Shown: positions 6,451 through 6,816 of the stretch, in pieces
How positions within the stretch are numbered: position 1 is the first letter of the stretch
Layout of the letters: each line of letters opens with the position of its first letter
Assembly: GCA_046497275.1 (NCBI GenBank)
Contig: JAWOFX010000010.1
Location: 1 to 6,816, forward strand
Source: Promethearchaeia archaeon
GTDB lineage: Archaea; Asgardarchaeota; Lokiarchaeia; Sigyniarchaeales; SOKP01
Direction of reading: 5' to 3'
Length of the DNA: 6,816 nt
Program-made: the position numbers and the translations under genes
The notes under the pieces: model-generated
What the model was told of the DNA's origin: nothing
Databases searched by the model: none
The model's input: only the letters and a program-made list of their open reading frames with translations

Positions 6451-6816
6451 TAATTCTTCTGAGGGAACTCCATTTGAAGGGCAAAATCTAATCGGCGGGG
6501 TGGTGATAAATTTAACAAACCTTTGTCTTGCTTGATTGGTTAAGGGTCGGCGAGGATCGGAAATTAAGCGTAAATTGTAGGCGATGGCTTTATGAGAAAG
6601 GAGCTCTGGATGTTGTTTTCTGCCGATATTAGCCGCACCGTTGATATCTCCGTGAATGATTTTTCCGTTCCTTGTTCGAAATAGCCCATTGTGTTTCACT
6701 TTATTTTGGGTAAATCTGCGTAATCCAGCATATTCATCATTTGGTTTTTTCCCTATCGCTTCATTGTCGATATATGAACATTTGCTAGTATACCATTCGG
6801 TTGTGTAATCCACCGT
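6273..6816 (-). mobile_element. Right part of a tnpB-encoding IS200/IS605- or IS607-type element (copy B), running off the window
   Basis: tnpB 3' region plus a 79-nt 3' non-coding end that is conserved with copy A up to ATGCAT (6273-6278). No tnpA is visible in the window, so the family cannot be fixed. Confidence 0.85.
6352..6816 (-). CDS. tnpB: RNA-guided endonuclease TnpB, C-terminal part (5' truncated by the window edge)
   Basis: EWYTSKCSYIDNE...Y.G.R......GLFRTRNGKIIHGDINGAANIGRK matches the zinc-finger-less TnpB C-terminal signature (E.YTSK.SF.D...GKR..RGL.....G..INADVNGA.NI.RK). The RuvC-III Asp is present at codon 6648-6646. The frame is open to 6816, so GTG 6813 is not the true start. 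Confidence 0.92.
   Translation of the reverse strand, partial: TVDYTTEWYTSKCSYIDNEAIGKKPNDEYAGLRRFTQNKVKHNGLFRTRNGKIIHGDINGAANIGRKQHPELLSHKAIAYNLRLISDPRRPLTNQARQRFVKFITTPPIRFCPSNGVPSEELKRKARLNESRVRPQRHQMSPREFLKMTRVAYV

Noticed and set aside
6813-6813. GTG at 6813 as the tnpB start
   Set aside because: The frame is open to the window edge, and RuvC-I/II and the N-terminal lobes are missing, so the gene begins outside the window.
3726-6816. IStron (group I intron-IS hybrid) interpretation
   Set aside because: The transcribed-strand end is ...TGC(AT), not a terminal G. The elements are antisense to the host genes, and I could not identify group I core elements.

Overview
AT-rich prokaryotic window, probably archaeal. 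Asgard/Loki-like is only an impression from gene style and TATA-like promoters without clear Shine-Dalgarno sites. The host genes are a long coiled-coil protein with two C-terminal TM helices, an APC-family permease with about 6 extra TM helices, a DUF2061-like membrane protein, an internally deleted aldo/keto reductase, and a PHP-family metallophosphoesterase. The most interesting feature is not in the ORF track: two diverged copies of the same tnpB-element right end, both on the minus strand and both just downstream of a convergent host gene. Copy B (6273-6816+) carries the 3' part of tnpB with RuvC-III Asp and an unusual 87-aa basic C-terminal tail. Copy A (3726-~4054) has lost the nuclease region but keeps the tail codons (31/60 aa identical to B) and the putative omegaRNA end (25/27 nt identical to B). 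The predicted 20-nt guide of copy A has a perfect second copy 23 nt away, inside the permease 3' end, next to a TAGAT motif, so it looks like a self-target.
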